Under the pieces are notes generated by a model, which ran no database searches, had not been told where the DNA came from, and worked only from the letters and a program-made list of their open reading frames with translations. Positions 1 through 25,783 of a DNA stretch of 64,000 nt are shown here, piece by piece (within the stretch, counting starts at the first letter, position 1; every line of letters starts with the position of its first letter). Source of the stretch: Tubulanus polymorphus. Taxonomy: Eukaryota > Animalia > Nemertea. Location: contig NC_134028.1 in assembly GCF_964204645.1 (NCBI RefSeq), forward strand, positions 25,850,345-25,914,344, in the 5' to 3' direction. A program made the position numbers and the translations under genes.

Positions 1-969
1 TGGCTAAACAAATCGAATTAAAAAACATCAAAAAGTCGACATCTCGGCGTGCGTGTCTGCGTGTCTGCGTGTGTGCGTGAATCGTTTGGACTGTGTGTAA
101 GCGGTAGATGGCGAATTCGTCGCAAATTTCGATATATTTTTCAATTTGTTTTGAGAAGATATCGAAATCGTTCGTCTTGCGTCCACTAAAGATGATTGAA
201 AAATAGATTTCCTTTCAATCTTCTGCCGGAATTTACAAAAAATTCTTCCGACAAAAATCAAATTGTCACTTTTTGAAGTAAGGAATACGGGATTGTTCAT
301 GTTATTATTTTCTTATTTTTCTTAACAAAAATTTTGATTACTTCCCGAATGCTTTCCGTATCAATGAAGGGTTTTTTTCGGTTGCAATTTTAGCAATAAC
401 CAAAAGATTTTAGCTAAACGAGGATTTGCATACAATAACTGGCATTCTTCTCTTTCTCAGTACACAGAAGCAAAACAATGTGAATCATCGGTCAGCAATT
501 AGTCTCGAAATTAGTAGGGCCTCTTATTGAGCATCAGGTCCAGATTTCTATTATATGAACATCTACGAACTGTCTCGGATGAATCGAACATTCACTGATA
601 GATTTATCGATCAATTAGCTTTTCATGTCTTATCGATCGATAAGACCGCTAGCTTTATTGATAAGTCGTGTTTAAGTCAGTAGATTCCGTGCTGATTGAC
701 TGTTCTGACCCGTTATCCAGCGCAACTCCGACCTTCCGTGTTGCGCTGTCTACTCAATTTCACTCATTAAATGATGGCTGAATGCCACCCTTTTAATAAT
801 TTAATGCTTTTATTGATAGTTTTGTGAGATAGCGGCGTGAGGTAGCGGTTTACAGCGGCAACTATGGAAACAATGGACGATCCAATTGAGCGCTGCAGTA
901 TGAGTTGAATGTGTTACGGTGGATGGTTTGATGCATCTATCCAACAACCATGCTGCATCGGTTCTCTAG

Positions 970-13124
<12,155 letters not shown>

Positions 13125-15266
13125 AAGCCGAGAAATTCATACTCATGCGCTGTAAACATCTACGACGTCGCCCGTTTGTGTTTTCGACGACGGCGATCGG
13201 AAATCCAAAAAAATTATTTTCTCTAGATTTTACGAGGGACCGCTCGTAATTCGATTTCAGATTTCCAGCGCACGAACGTAAACATCACCAGAACAGATGA
13301 TACTGCTCCGGCGCGTGCTCGTTTATAAAACTTGATGAAACATTACATGAATCCATTTCGAAAAAGACGCGAACGCCGGCTGAACTGAAATCACTCAATA
13401 TTACAACGAAATACATAGTCACGCACGGTGAGGAAACGTCATACGGTCGTTTGTAGCAATGGCGCGAGCGAAATTATTTTTCTAACAAATCGTTTATATT
13501 TTACTGGCAAACGCTGCTTCGGGAACGTCATAATCGGGTCTAAGCGGTTATCATTAGATTCGGGAATCGATCACTGTGATCTACCCGAAGAAACTTCCCG
13601 ATTTTATTTCAAAGCCTTGTTATTATATTCCTAAAAAAACATGCAGCTTTTTAATCAAAATTTTTATATAAATGGTCGTAAATACGAACATAGATACTGA
13701 ATATATATGTATATATATATATATATTATACATTGTGTAATATGAATTTAAAATGATTAAAACATTTTTAACCCTTTTATTATCTATTATCCATCATGTT
13801 AACCGTTAAATCCGTAAATATATATCGTAGCGCATTTCATTGGAATCATGTATGTTTCCTTCAAGAGTCAACTACCCACGCACAGTCTATGTATAAATAT
13901 ATCAAAGTTCCGAGTTGGTGTTTTTTGTTCGTGAAATATTTTCTAACTGTTTGTTTCTATGCAAATTGATTTCGAGGAAATCATCGACAAAAAAACCTAA
14001 CGCCGGAATCAAATTCCGATGCTTACGAGAATTATTGAATAAACCTTATTAGAAATAGTCATCAATTAGATTGAAACCTTTTCAAGCAAGGAATCTTTGA
14101 TCCATATGAATCAAATTGACATAACAAATGTAATTTACAATTTGTCATTAAAATTTCAACTTTCAGCTTCATATTTCAATGTGTTGTATGACGATATTGT
14201 ATACCATACCATATTTCAATTATATCGTACAAAAACTATCGAGCTAAATTGATTTTTAACCTAGATTTATGTTGTTAAGAAACGTAGATGCATCATTCAA
14301 CGTATGTTATATGACATGAACTGCTGTTTTGCTGATATCGTCAAGAATTTGTTTTCATCATTGAAAACGCTTGTCGCGACTTAAGATTGGCTCTTCCCAT
14401 CAAATACATCGTCAAATTTGTCGATCTCTTCCAAGATATTTTCAAAATGTTGCCTTGCAAAAACAATTGGTTATCGTTAAACTTCGTCGTTTTTTAGATT
14501 GGGTAATAGGCCTGCGGCTAGGAATGTTGTGTATGAGGAAGTTTTAGTGTAGGTTTCAACTGAACCCGCTGCACAGGTCACAACGTGTCCTTCATGTGAT
14601 GCAATATTATTGTCTCTCAAGTTCACAATTTTTCAAATTTTAATAAAAATCGTTTCATTACAAGTTTTATGAATTATATCGAACGTCTTCAATGTGTTGT
14701 TTATTCTCGTCACGTCTCGGCTCCAAACTCTGATCGGCCTCACTAGCAGCCCGCCAGTAGATCCACTTCCGGTTCGACGTCATGAAGGCTTTTTGGTTTA
14801 GCTAAATTCGAATCAAATTCGATAAATTCGAAAGGATTTGTATATCTAATCGTTTTTCGTAAATGAGTCGAACCAATTTGTATATAAATTTGAGGTCACG
14901 ACTCGAAAAGAAAATGGGGTCAGTGGTGACCGAATTATTGATAGAGTATAAAATGGTCGAAGAAGACGGATTTAGCTCTCTAAATCGTCACCAACTTGCT
15001 GGCCGAGCAAGTTAGTCAATTTGATAAATCGCTCTTCTAAACCGTGTCCATAAACGAGTTGATTTACCAAAGCGGATTCACTAAACCGCGAGTCGATTCA
15101 GTTTCGTAGAAACGCCTATAAGACAGCAACTATATCAGGCGAACGCTGAGTTTTAAGAACATTATAATTATGTATAACTGTATTAAATAAATTAAAGCAT
15201 TATATCTCGTAACAGTAAATTGCGATAAAAAAAATCCTGCAAGTTTTGTTTTTCATTTTACGTCGA

Positions 15267-17812
15267 TTATTGCATTACAGGGATGATGATCAGGAGAATC
15301 AGTAACGATGAAATACTCGTGCGACCTCTATTGGCCGCAGAAGACAAACGCGATCTAAATCCGTACGAAACAGGCTGCGAACACGTGGTGTTGTTAACAT
15401 ACGGGTATTTTATTCGAATTTTCGGCCGATACGTCGTTTTCTGGAAGAATAGAAAATTGATCGAGTGATCAACAACGATCCGATAAGTTTTTTTCGAAAA
15501 TATCTAAAATAGCCACCTACCGGCGAAACCATAGGACCTGCACCGCCCCCTATTTGTTCACAATACTCCCTGTACTGTGGAACAGCGTCGAGAACTTTCT
15601 GGAATTTTTTCGTCTCTTTATTCGTCCATTTGATTCGATTGAAATAGGAAAACATGTTATTTGTCTTTTGTGTCGGATCAAAATTAATTTCTCCGCTTCT
15701 ACAAAAACCAACACAAGAATTTCAATTTAACGGAGCTTAATTCGACAATTTCAAACATATTCTATATGATGACTTCTATTATACATGGCGTGTCCCGCAC
15801 CTGACTTTGTCGACGACGTATTTTTTGATAGGCAGCCACTCGTACATCGTACTTAAACATTTAGTCAACTTGATTTTCGGGTAATACATCAAAAAGTGTA
15901 TACACATTTCATCGCGTGTTGACGTACCGCCCTGAAATATTCACATTTACATATACAATAATTATCGCAGATAAGCGGCATTATCGAGCTTCATTACTTA
16001 CCAATGTAAAGTTAGTTCGTCTGGATGTTCTGTAGGTACAAGTACTGATCAAATGATCGCCCTGAAAATAAGGAAATTTATCCTAAAAAAAGCTCGTTCT
16101 CTTATAAAACATTTACGGTAAACAATTAACACTCACAGGCAAAACCTTAATCTGTTTCGGTAAAAGACGGAATTGCTGGAAATATAAATACATTCTATCA
16201 GAATTGTAACGCGGTTTGAATGTGGCGAAAGTTGCCACTGAGTCACCGGAGAAATATGATTGAACATGCATCACGAATAGTTATTTAAAAAGGGAAGAAA
16301 TGAACAAACAAAAGTGCCCTTACAAGATGGCGGCTAGAAACTTTGTGTGTTTAAATGTGACTTCGTAGCATTGGATTCTGAAGTCAAGGAAAGATGTATT
16401 TGAATTATACCTGATAGTTGAAGTCGTAATGATTATCTCTGGCAATTTCTGGCAACTCGCGGCCATTTCTGACGTGTTTCATCCAGATGCGATGTCCCGA
16501 CGTGTGTGTATGTAACATTACAGCTAACAGGTTTATACCGTTTACCGGAATATACTGAAAAACAAACAAGCTCCATACGATTCCGGAAAAACCGAGCTGC
16601 AGAAAGAGTTAGAGAGCGATGATTAACAGCATCGTAAAAATGTCCAGTTGTTTTATTTTTTGATAGAAAAACGTTATGTTTACAACTAAAGGACAACGAT
16701 TTATCGTAACGCGTAGTAAATATAGTCACGTGAATTACAGCTACATCGTCGGAAGAACTGAGTCACTTGGTCTATAGCGTCATGGGTCCCACTTACCTTC
16801 CCAGTACAAGATCCTGAACAGTAGTTATCGACTCTAAACTCTTTCGCTTTAGGCGGAATTAGCATCGGAGGCCACCAGACTGTATGACCAACTTCCAAAA
16901 CACCTGCATCGTGTTGTCGCAGCCGTTCTGTGTAGTAAAACCTCAAACCAGATTGATCACGAATCCCTACAAAAAATGGAACGAATAAATTTTGGATTCG
17001 CTATTTTTATTCCGCAAAGAACATTCAAACTTTACAAAATGTTTCTGGGGTGTTTACTCGAACCGGAACCGAAATCTGTAGTTAGCACACACACAAAATC
17101 TGTAATATCGACTGAACGTCATCCAACATGACCAACATTCGAATTCCTATTGTTTCGTTTCCGTCAGGTTGGTTTGTAAGGAACAACAGCGAATCAAATC
17201 AACAAGAAATTATCTAAACATTTAAACTACCTTTTTTCATTCTTGGATTGTCGTAGTGAACTTCGAATAACATATAACGCGCGGGATCGTCACCCCCGAG
17301 GGGGTATCCCACATTCACAGGAAATACTAATCCCTAAAAGAAATAATTCGTATAAAACATTTCCAACATTTTTTCATGAATGATAATTATTCCGCCGTGT
17401 TGTTTATTGTTGTTACCTTCATTCCTATTGCATAAGCGAACATCACTACCTCGCAAGTCGATACATTGGCGGGCATCATTTGATCGTACAGACATTGACG
17501 CCCGGATCGAGAACTGAAGTGACTGACGAAACTACTGCATAAATACACCAATATATGATGAACTAAAGACTCGTGACCGGGCTGAATCAACGGTTTTATC
17601 TGAATCGATAGAGACGAATTGGGAGAGTAAAAATGGTGTTAGTTAGAGCTATGCCTTGTGAATAGTAAAATGGCATATTGAAAACAACACGACTTACCTC
17701 AATTACGTGCACTTTTTTACTGAATTCCGGTAATTTAAATTGTTTGCACCAATATATTGTATCTTTATGCGGTAAATTATCCTTAAATTCAAGATTTATT
17801 CTCGTAAGATAT

Positions 17813-17844
<32 letters not shown>

Positions 17845-19991
17845 TTTATTTCCACAATAAATTACAACATGTCATAGATATGGGATATCCGAGAATATAC
17901 AAATATGAAATATTTTAATATAATTTGGAGGGGATTAGATGAAGGCAATGAAGGCTTATATAATATTTATGAAAAATACACGTAGTTTCCTTCAGCCGAT
18001 ATTTGGAACTATTTGGAGAAAAACTTGCGTAAGTCATCACCACCGAGCTGATATTGACTAGTGATACTACCGCACCGATACTTACCGAATCCATTCTGAC
18101 ATCGAAGTATTTCATGTAAAGTTCACGGTGTATTTGTAATTGTACCGGTCTGTTATAGTCGAGTAATGTCAAACTGATCGAACCTCGGTTTTTTCCGTGA
18201 TAAGGAAATGTAATGAAAGATTCCGGGTCTTTATCTCCCCACGCGTATATTATGCGACTAGTTCCGTACTGAAATAAAGAAGCTGGAGTTTTGATTGATT
18301 GAGTTTTGAACCGTTTTGAACCGTTCTGGGCCGTGAAACATTAAGAATATATCCTTCGATTCAGAGTGTGCTTAGCCATATATAAAAATCACATTTCCTC
18401 TGATTTAGGATCAGGACGATTCGTAAACTAGCACATTTTTATCACGTTTTAAAACAATCTTAGCTGAAAATTATTGGGTTAATGCTATGGTTCTGGCAGA
18501 TATTCCCAATTCTATAAATGTCAGCCAAAAAGCTATGACTCAAATCTGGTGGGTTCACGAGGTACATTATTTATCTGTATTTAGGTGTACACTGGCGGCC
18601 CCGGAGAGGGTAAAAGAGGTTGAATGCGAGGGCAAATATATCGTCAAAATCATTTTATTGACCTCGCTACCGATAATAAAAATCACCTAATAAAAAATAC
18701 GCCGTCGGTAACCGTCTGATTCATACAAAACTACGTAAACTGATCCACCTGATGATGGCTGTTAGTTAACTGCCGAAACGTTGTGATTTCAAAATAATAA
18801 ATTCTATCGTACAATTTAATTCGAAGTGTGGGATTTCTTCATTCATCTACGTAAACAAAAATGGAAATTTCTCGCGTGAATATATGCGCGGATTTGTCGT
18901 TGAAATTTCTGGAATAAGCCAGAATAGGATTTTGAAGTATATTTCTATACGTTAGGTAAATATTTCATGAGCAAGACGCTATAGGCACCTTCGGCAAGCG
19001 AGGTTTCTAATTTGATGATATAAAGAAAATAAATTCTCAGATCAGACATTAGGATGGAAGGTTTTATGTATTGTACTTCAAATTCCTGCCTGTAGCCAGA
19101 TCACTGATACTTTGATATATGGCAGTTTTTATCGGGTAGATTTGAAGATGTTGATGATATAGTTTGCTACAGTAGCAGGCTGGGATGCTGACTTTCATCT
19201 TAGTAAAGCTTTGTAACATTAAATGTATCTTTCATCTCCAGATGAGTGATGCTGTTAAATTATAACTGCCCTGAAGATAATTTCTTTCCGTTTGAACTGC
19301 GCACATCAAAAATATATGTTATCGCTTTAAAAAAAAAATGCAACCTTGCACGAAACAAAAAAAAGAAATACATTTATATCTAACCTTTATTTGTTGGTCA
19401 TTATCATCGCAGGGAAGTAATTTTCGTCGGAATTTAAACATTGTGAAATGTTCATTTTCGCCTGATGCGAGTAAGTGATAATCCTGACTCGTGTCGATCT
19501 TAGGACGATAGCGTCCAGACGCGTGCATATCCTAAACACAATAATACAATGGAGAAAGAAATTATGAATTATTTCACGGGATTCTTTTATACATCAGAAA
19601 TCATCCGGGAATTACGACCATGTATCTAATTATTTCTGTTCTCGTAACCGACCTGAAAATGAACGTGTCCGCTGTTTGTGACCCATCCAACGACCATATC
19701 AGCACCTTTCATTCCTCCGTGACTTGATAAACCGAACCCCAGCCAGCCCGTCGTCCTCGCGTGAAGCTCGAACGTCATCGATTCTTCGTCGAAATCCCAG
19801 AACAAATAGATCTTACCCCGGGCCAGTGTGTGTTTGTTGATGTAACTGCGAGTCGGTCGCGGGATCGGCTCCTCCGATGAGAAGTGTCTGCTTGACGGTG
19901 AATTGATGTGCGCGAAACGGTCAGAGTTGCACAGTTCACACATCCACAATCCGTATATCGATAGAAAGATTAAATATTGTCCGGAATACAT
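15267..19991 (-). CDS. MOXD1: DBH-like monooxygenase (MOXD1-like; DOMON + two Cu-monooxygenase domains), 13 exons, ~644 aa
   Basis: Exons 19991-19653, 19531-19385, 18268-18086, 17781-17698, 17599-17417, 17333-17231, 16966-16797, 16554-16411, 16175-16137, 16061-16002, 15931-15801, 15698-15521, 15440-15267, phase-consistent. DOMON 'GWLGFGLSSHGGMKGADMVVGW'. Cu ligands LVHHILVY, EVHYDNP, MLHTH, DEMC; 'YDFNYQ'. Signal-like N-terminus and hydrophobic C-terminal tail. Confidence 0.92.
17814..17996 (-). mobile_element. Probable LINE 3' end with AATAAA and (TTA)n tail
   Basis: Minus strand ends ttgtggaaataaaa(tta)n. A similar tail occurs at ~51079-51123. Possible gatattt direct repeat on both sides. 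Confidence 0.45.
18741..18846 (+). mobile_element. Short Penelope-type element with minimal hammerhead ribozyme and 10-bp TSD
   Basis: ctacgtaaac direct repeats at 18731-18740 and 18847-18856. Inside: cac-CTGATGA-t-ggctgttagttaactgcc-GAAAC-GTT-gtg, then aataaa. Confidence 0.7.
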
Positions 19992-21048
19992 AGTTTTAAG
20001 AGTAAAACTGAATCGAGAATCAGAGAACAATGCGCTGATACCACTCACTCTGTTCAGAGATTGTTATTCGTTGCTCGAATGAATTCGTCGAATATTTCGA
20101 CGCGCGGTTTTCTGGTCATAAAAACATAAAAACAGCAATAAATCCAATTCTCTAAATGACAATAACGCGTATTATGCGCTTTGAATATGAAATAACAACT
20201 TCTCTCAAACTCGCGCTTCAAAATTGTGCGTAAAATCTTTTTTCAACAGTAACGCGATATTCGGCTTGTTTTATAAATTCGATATATTTAACAATTTGCC
20301 GGAAACTGGTTCGATGCTCGTAGGCGTCGGTTCGCATGTGATGAGGTTCTAACCGCATCGGCGCACAACGACCGAGTCCTGAATATCCATCATCCGTTCT
20401 ATGTTGCTTTTCGAGAATGAAACCCGCGCAAAAAAATCTCTACCAGATTTTAATGGTTTGATAACAAAACATTTATTTCGCAAACGTTCGATTCGATGGA
20501 CGTTAGAACAGCAATTAGCGGCTAAAAACGTCTGCGTTACATCTCGGCGTTCGTTGCGCACTTCGCCGCCGAGCGGGATCTAAACCGGGGCCGAATTCGT
20601 CTGATCTCCGGCTGCTTTCCACCGTAAACAGGTCAACGTTTTTACGACACGATGCGGATGAAAGTAGCGGGAACGATAAACAACCAAGCGGGTTTATCAT
20701 TAATTCGTGGAGTTTGCTGTTGCATTTGCTTAATCAAAGGCCGCCTAAACAAGCAGCCTTTGATATCTTAATTTCTGAATATATGTTATGCGGAAATCGT
20801 ACAGTGCGAAACTATCCTTTTGATCTTCACTTTTCTTAAAAATTGATGTCTATTCGATTCCGCTCAGTCGCCGTAGTACAATTTTATGATTCTAATATCT
20901 GAACACTGCCGATTTATGTTTCGTTGGCTTCAAAGGCAAAACGCATACTTGACCGTGAAATCTAGCCTGGTTATTTTGGTGAAGAGAGAATCGGATGGAA
21001 ATGAAAGAGAAAAATCTATCGTAATATCGAAAAAAAACGATCGACATG

Positions 21049-21120
21049 TGACCCCGACGTGACTTGAACACGCAACCTTCTGATCTGGAGTCAGACGCGC
21101 TACCGTTGCGCCACGGAGTC
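21049..21120 (-). tRNA. trnW: tRNA-Trp (anticodon CCA)
   Basis: GACTCCGTGGCGCAACGGTAGCGCGTCTGACTCCAGATCAGAAGGTTGCGTGTTCAAGTCACGTCGGGGTCA, 72-nt cloverleaf with A/B boxes; oligo-T Pol III terminator at ~21030-21037. Confidence 0.97.
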
Positions 21121-21466
21121 CGTTGCACACACTTGGTGAACTCAACGAAACAGCGAGAATGTCACCTAAGTTCAAATAGCCTTTAGAAATAACGCGCCGA
21201 TATCTTAAATAAATTTTAGGGGAATTTTATTCCACAGCTAACAATTTCGATAGAAAAAAGGAACACGAAAGGTTCCACATTTATCACGACTCGATTGATA
21301 ATAATTAAGTAAGTCAACACTTATCCAGAAAAACGACCAGTAAAAGGTGCCCTGAGAGCGCACGTGATTTCGTGAGAAAGTAATATAACACAAGTTTACA
21401 CAATCACTTTTTAATTATACTGTTACCGATGGATTCAGAACATACAAAACAAAATTAAACACAAAT

Positions 21467-23729
21467 ATGAAGAGATTCTTTGCAATCAGTTTTATCAATA
21501 TTTGCCTGGTACAAATATGGTAGGTAATTCTTATCAATATATTTTGCCTTATTTTAAATAAAATCCCGCAATAAATTAATAAATGATAAAATGTTTATTA
21601 AAAAAAATCATTTTATCATTAAGTAATTTATGGTGGGATTTTATTCGTATCGTTTTATCACGGATATTGTGATCTACATGATTCATTGCCTTTTTTATTG
21701 CAATTTATTTATTTTGTTTTTAATTATATCTATTTGAGAAATAATTTCATTTTTTCAGCTATGGCGGCGGAAATAGAACTTTAATTCAGCAGGTATTAAA
21801 CGAGTTAATACACGGTGGTAATTACAGTAAGGCTATTCGACCATTCGAAATAATGGGTAAGTTTCAGTTGATATTGAAATCTTCCATAAACTCCATTTCT
21901 TTATATACAAAATCATTATCGATTCTTTGTTTTTCTTGATCAGCGCATCCTGTCCACGTTAAGGTGAATATGAAAATTAATACTATAAGCCACGTAGATA
22001 GTTCAAATATGGTAAGATTTAATTGAAGAAGGAATTAAACATCTCTGAACATTGGCGCAACTTGATGATAAAATGATAAAATCTTTTTCAGGAGTATAAA
22101 ATGAGTATAATGTTACGTCAGATTTGGATGGACCCGAGACTATCATATACTATATACAATAATCATATCACCTTAGACGCCGAGTACAGGCGGAAGATCT
22201 GGACTCCGGATACATTTTTCTCCAACGAGAAAATGTCTCGTAGACATATGGAAACCGAGCCTAATGTACTGATCAGAATTTACCCAAACGGTACTGTCTA
22301 CTACAGCATCAGGTATTGTTTGAAAAAAAAAAATTTCAATCGGAACATTGTATTTTTCAAATTCTTCGGTTTCTTTTACAAGATCTCAAAACTTGATAGA
22401 AAATGAACGTATATTCGAATTGAGGGGAAAACTTTATGTAAAGGCGCTGCATTTATTTCAGGTTAACGTTAACGATTAAATGCGCGATGGATTTGAAATA
22501 TTTCCCGTTAGACACACAACACTGTTTCCTATTCACTGAAAGCTGTAAGTACTAAATTTACGAAAATCTCCGAAACCCTGAAACTTATTGCGTATTCGCA
22601 AATGCCATCATAAAACAAAATATATGTAGTTATATGCTATGTTTTTATGTATTTGCTACAGATGCATTCACTACGGCTGATGTGACAATGCAGTGGTACG
22701 GTTTGGGTATAGAATGCGAGGATACCGATCTATTTTTACCATCTTACAAGGTGGCTCGAATACGGATTGGAAGTTGTGGGGCCAGTTATCTGTCTGGTAT
22801 GTGATATTCATGTTAAATCACATGAAATAGATTAGAAAATTTTTAGAGATTTATTGTTTTTGTTTGTATTTTAGGCGATTATCCGTGTTTGGTGTCGGAG
22901 TTACGATTCACACGTTTATACGGATATTATCTGATACAGGTTTACATCCCCAGCGGACTAGTGGTCGTTCTCGCATTTCTCTCGTTCTGGATTGACGTCA
23001 GCGCAGTTCCGGCACGTGTTACCCTCGGGATCACGTCCGTTCTGACGATCATCACCCAAACTTCGTCGAATCGGGCGTCGCTGCCTCATGTATCGTACGT
23101 GAAAGCGATGGATGTTTGGATGTCGGTTTGTCTGGCGTTCGCTATCGGGGCACTCGTCGAATTCGCGATCGTGAATTACTATTTCCGTAAAGACAAAGAA
23201 AAACTTGCCCAGAAAGCAACTGAGGCGCAAAACAAAGCTCAGGTTCGTCTGGAGAATCGAGCAATTACAACTCTTTTTGATTTTTTTCCTGAATTCCTTA
23301 CGACTGTTCTCTATGCTTATATTCCAACCCCGACTTCAGTTTATGCAAAATCTGAAATAAATTGCAATTGCTGTTAATCGATTGAATATATACCTGATGT
23401 AAATCAATAGTATCTGTTTTCAGATGGCCGATGATGCCAATGGGAACGCAAAAAATGCCGAAACACAATTCGAAATGAGCGAAAGTGGGAATTGTACCTA
23501 CAATCTGGATGACAAAACGCGACAAAAAGGGACCAAACCCGTACCGAAATTCATGAAGAAGTTTACACGCTCGGATTGGATCGATTTTGCAGCGAGGATT
23601 GGATTTTTAGGAAGTTTTTTGATTTTTACAATAGTGTATTGGGTCTACTATATCATAGTATCGAATGATTTAGATTCATCTGTGAGACCAGATCCTTTCA
23701 GCAATATGACTATTGTAAAAAATACGTAA
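21467..23729 (+). CDS. Anion-selective Cys-loop ligand-gated ion channel subunit (glycine-receptor-like), 8 exons, ~443 aa
   Basis: Exons 21467-21519, 21759-21856, 21944-22011, 22092-22312, 22462-22544, 22662-22796, 22875-23242, 23424-23729. Signal peptide, WMDPRL, IWTPDTFF, Cys-loop CAMDLKYFPLDTQHC, loop C disulfide CGASYLSGDYPC, PAR motif before M2, SYVKAMDVW, M4. Confidence 0.92.
21552..21680. repeat. AT-rich inverted repeat in LGIC intron 1, tail similar to the 3539 element
   Basis: aataaaatcccgcaataaatta...tgataaaatg / cattttatca...taatttatggtgggattttatt; tail atcg..cacggatattgtgatctac resembles atcg..caaggacattgtgttccac at ~3703-3733. Confidence 0.5.
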
Positions 23730-25783
23730 AGAGTTGTGAAGTCAGAATAAAGATTCAACATATCGTTTCTGGTCCCCGGCAACATACATTGCATCTGTTC
23801 AAAAAGGTAGACGAGCCTCGGAGGGAAATGTGTACATAACGATTTTAAATCTATCGAAATTCTCCAACATCTTTCCTCCTTACAATTATATGATTTCTTT
23901 ATCATAATATGTCTTTGAATTATGTATCTACAGCTTCAAACTCGTGTCTGAGAATTTCCCTCCATTTTTAAAGAAACTTCTTGATTTACTAAAAAGCTGC
24001 GCGTCTTCGAAATACATTTTGTGCTCGTTTCTAGAATCTAATTAAAATCTTGAAAACTTTATGCCATAAAATAGTTCTTCGGTTGTTGATGAATTGGCGA
24101 ATGGAAGATTACAGGGAAACCATACGTTTGTGTAATGTGGGCGTTTCGGGAAACAATGTTGATCGGAGACCCTGGTTAGCGAGGATGATAGGGTTAACGT
24201 TGTGGGCGGTTGAAACATACGTAACAATGATTGGGTTGGTTTTTATGGACGCTTTCTTCAAGAGGATAATAGCGTGTGAAATAACGTTAAAACATAAAGT
24301 GGACTTGACCACCTAGCAACCGAAGAATATGATACTTGTAATTTCTGCACGGCCGCACCGGCAGCCCAACCGTATACAACCAACAGCCCAACCCTATATA
24401 ATATTCGATAGGCTTCTCTGATAGTTGAGATCGTAATTGAGATATCGACGGCAAAGATTTGCTCTTAGTTACGATATCAAATTCCAACAAATCGAAAAAC
24501 TTTACTTGACGGAGTGAAAAGGAAACATAGTTGATTAATTCAGAAATAATTTTTTTGAAGTTATACAATATTGTCTGTCGCCTTAGGGAATTGAATGGTA
24601 ACTAGCCTGTTGGATTAAAAGACCACCTTTTAGTGGCTCGGTGTTTGCGGCCAGTGATTGAAATAACTTACAAATACTGGAATAATGGAATAATGTTCGT
24701 TTGGAAATCGTTCAACAGAATTGACCGCAATCTGAAAATCATTACACACTTCACAACCTCCACATATACCATTCATCCGTCAAACCAAATCCGATCAAAA
24801 CAGAATCTCATTAAATACATTTCGATGCAAATTCTACATGCACCGAATCGATCGGTTTCAAGGGCTACTTCACGAATGAAAATCTATTTCACAACTGAAG
24901 TACCTTGTGTTATTGTTTCTGAGTGCACTCCTTCTTGCAATGGAGGCTCGTAGGTCTTAATTATACTTGTCAAGTAGCAGGTCGGTGTCTTTATAATGGA
25001 TCACAAGAAAGTGAATTTCATGCCGTTCTATTTTCTGCCATAAGGTTTCAAGAATATCGATACTCTTAAGTCGTGTATTCAATATATTTCAGACGATAGA
25101 AAAAGCTACCATACAAAGTCTCTTTTGAGTTGAAAATGTGTTGTTGGGCATTTCAAGATACGAGACTGCTGACTTTTAATCTTGATACACGAATTTAGAG
25201 ACTGTAGTAGGGCCCGTCATAAAGTATCTATTGAACTTATATCGAAGGATAACAAGTGAAGGAATTGCTCCAATATTTGGAATATAATCTGAGATTTGAT
25301 TTTTAAGGTTTTTTCATACTATATGATAGTCGTGGTGGACATTCAGTGTCAATTCGCGAGTTGCTGAAGATTTGTCTATTACGTGGATTGAATGTAAAAT
25401 CCACTCCTAATTCTACATCCCACGACCAATACCACGACTAATGAATCGAAATTCGTATGATACAAATTTCACTTGCTCAAATCAAAAAGATTGCACCTTC
25501 GAATTGTCCAAAGAGTTGTGTATAAAACCCTATAATCATCGTGCAACCCTGAGGACATAGCATCGTCGCGGTTTCATGTATATGTGGACACTGATACCCG
25601 GGTGTGTTTCTGCCCCGGGGAGGTCACCAGGGGTGCCAACAGGGGGCGGTCTACCAGGAAGCTATGATCTGATACAAGCGATAAAAATAAGGCGGAAAAT
25701 TAGGTCATTGACATCTGAAAGCCGTAATTAAATCGTTGAAAACCGGGGGATGATTGGGTGACTATGGGGTACGGATTAGCGTA

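Noticed and set aside
16411-16554. Apparent frameshift near the HTH copper motif of MOXD1
   Set aside because: Careful reading gives MLHTHTSGHRIW in one frame; the ORF track shows a different frame.
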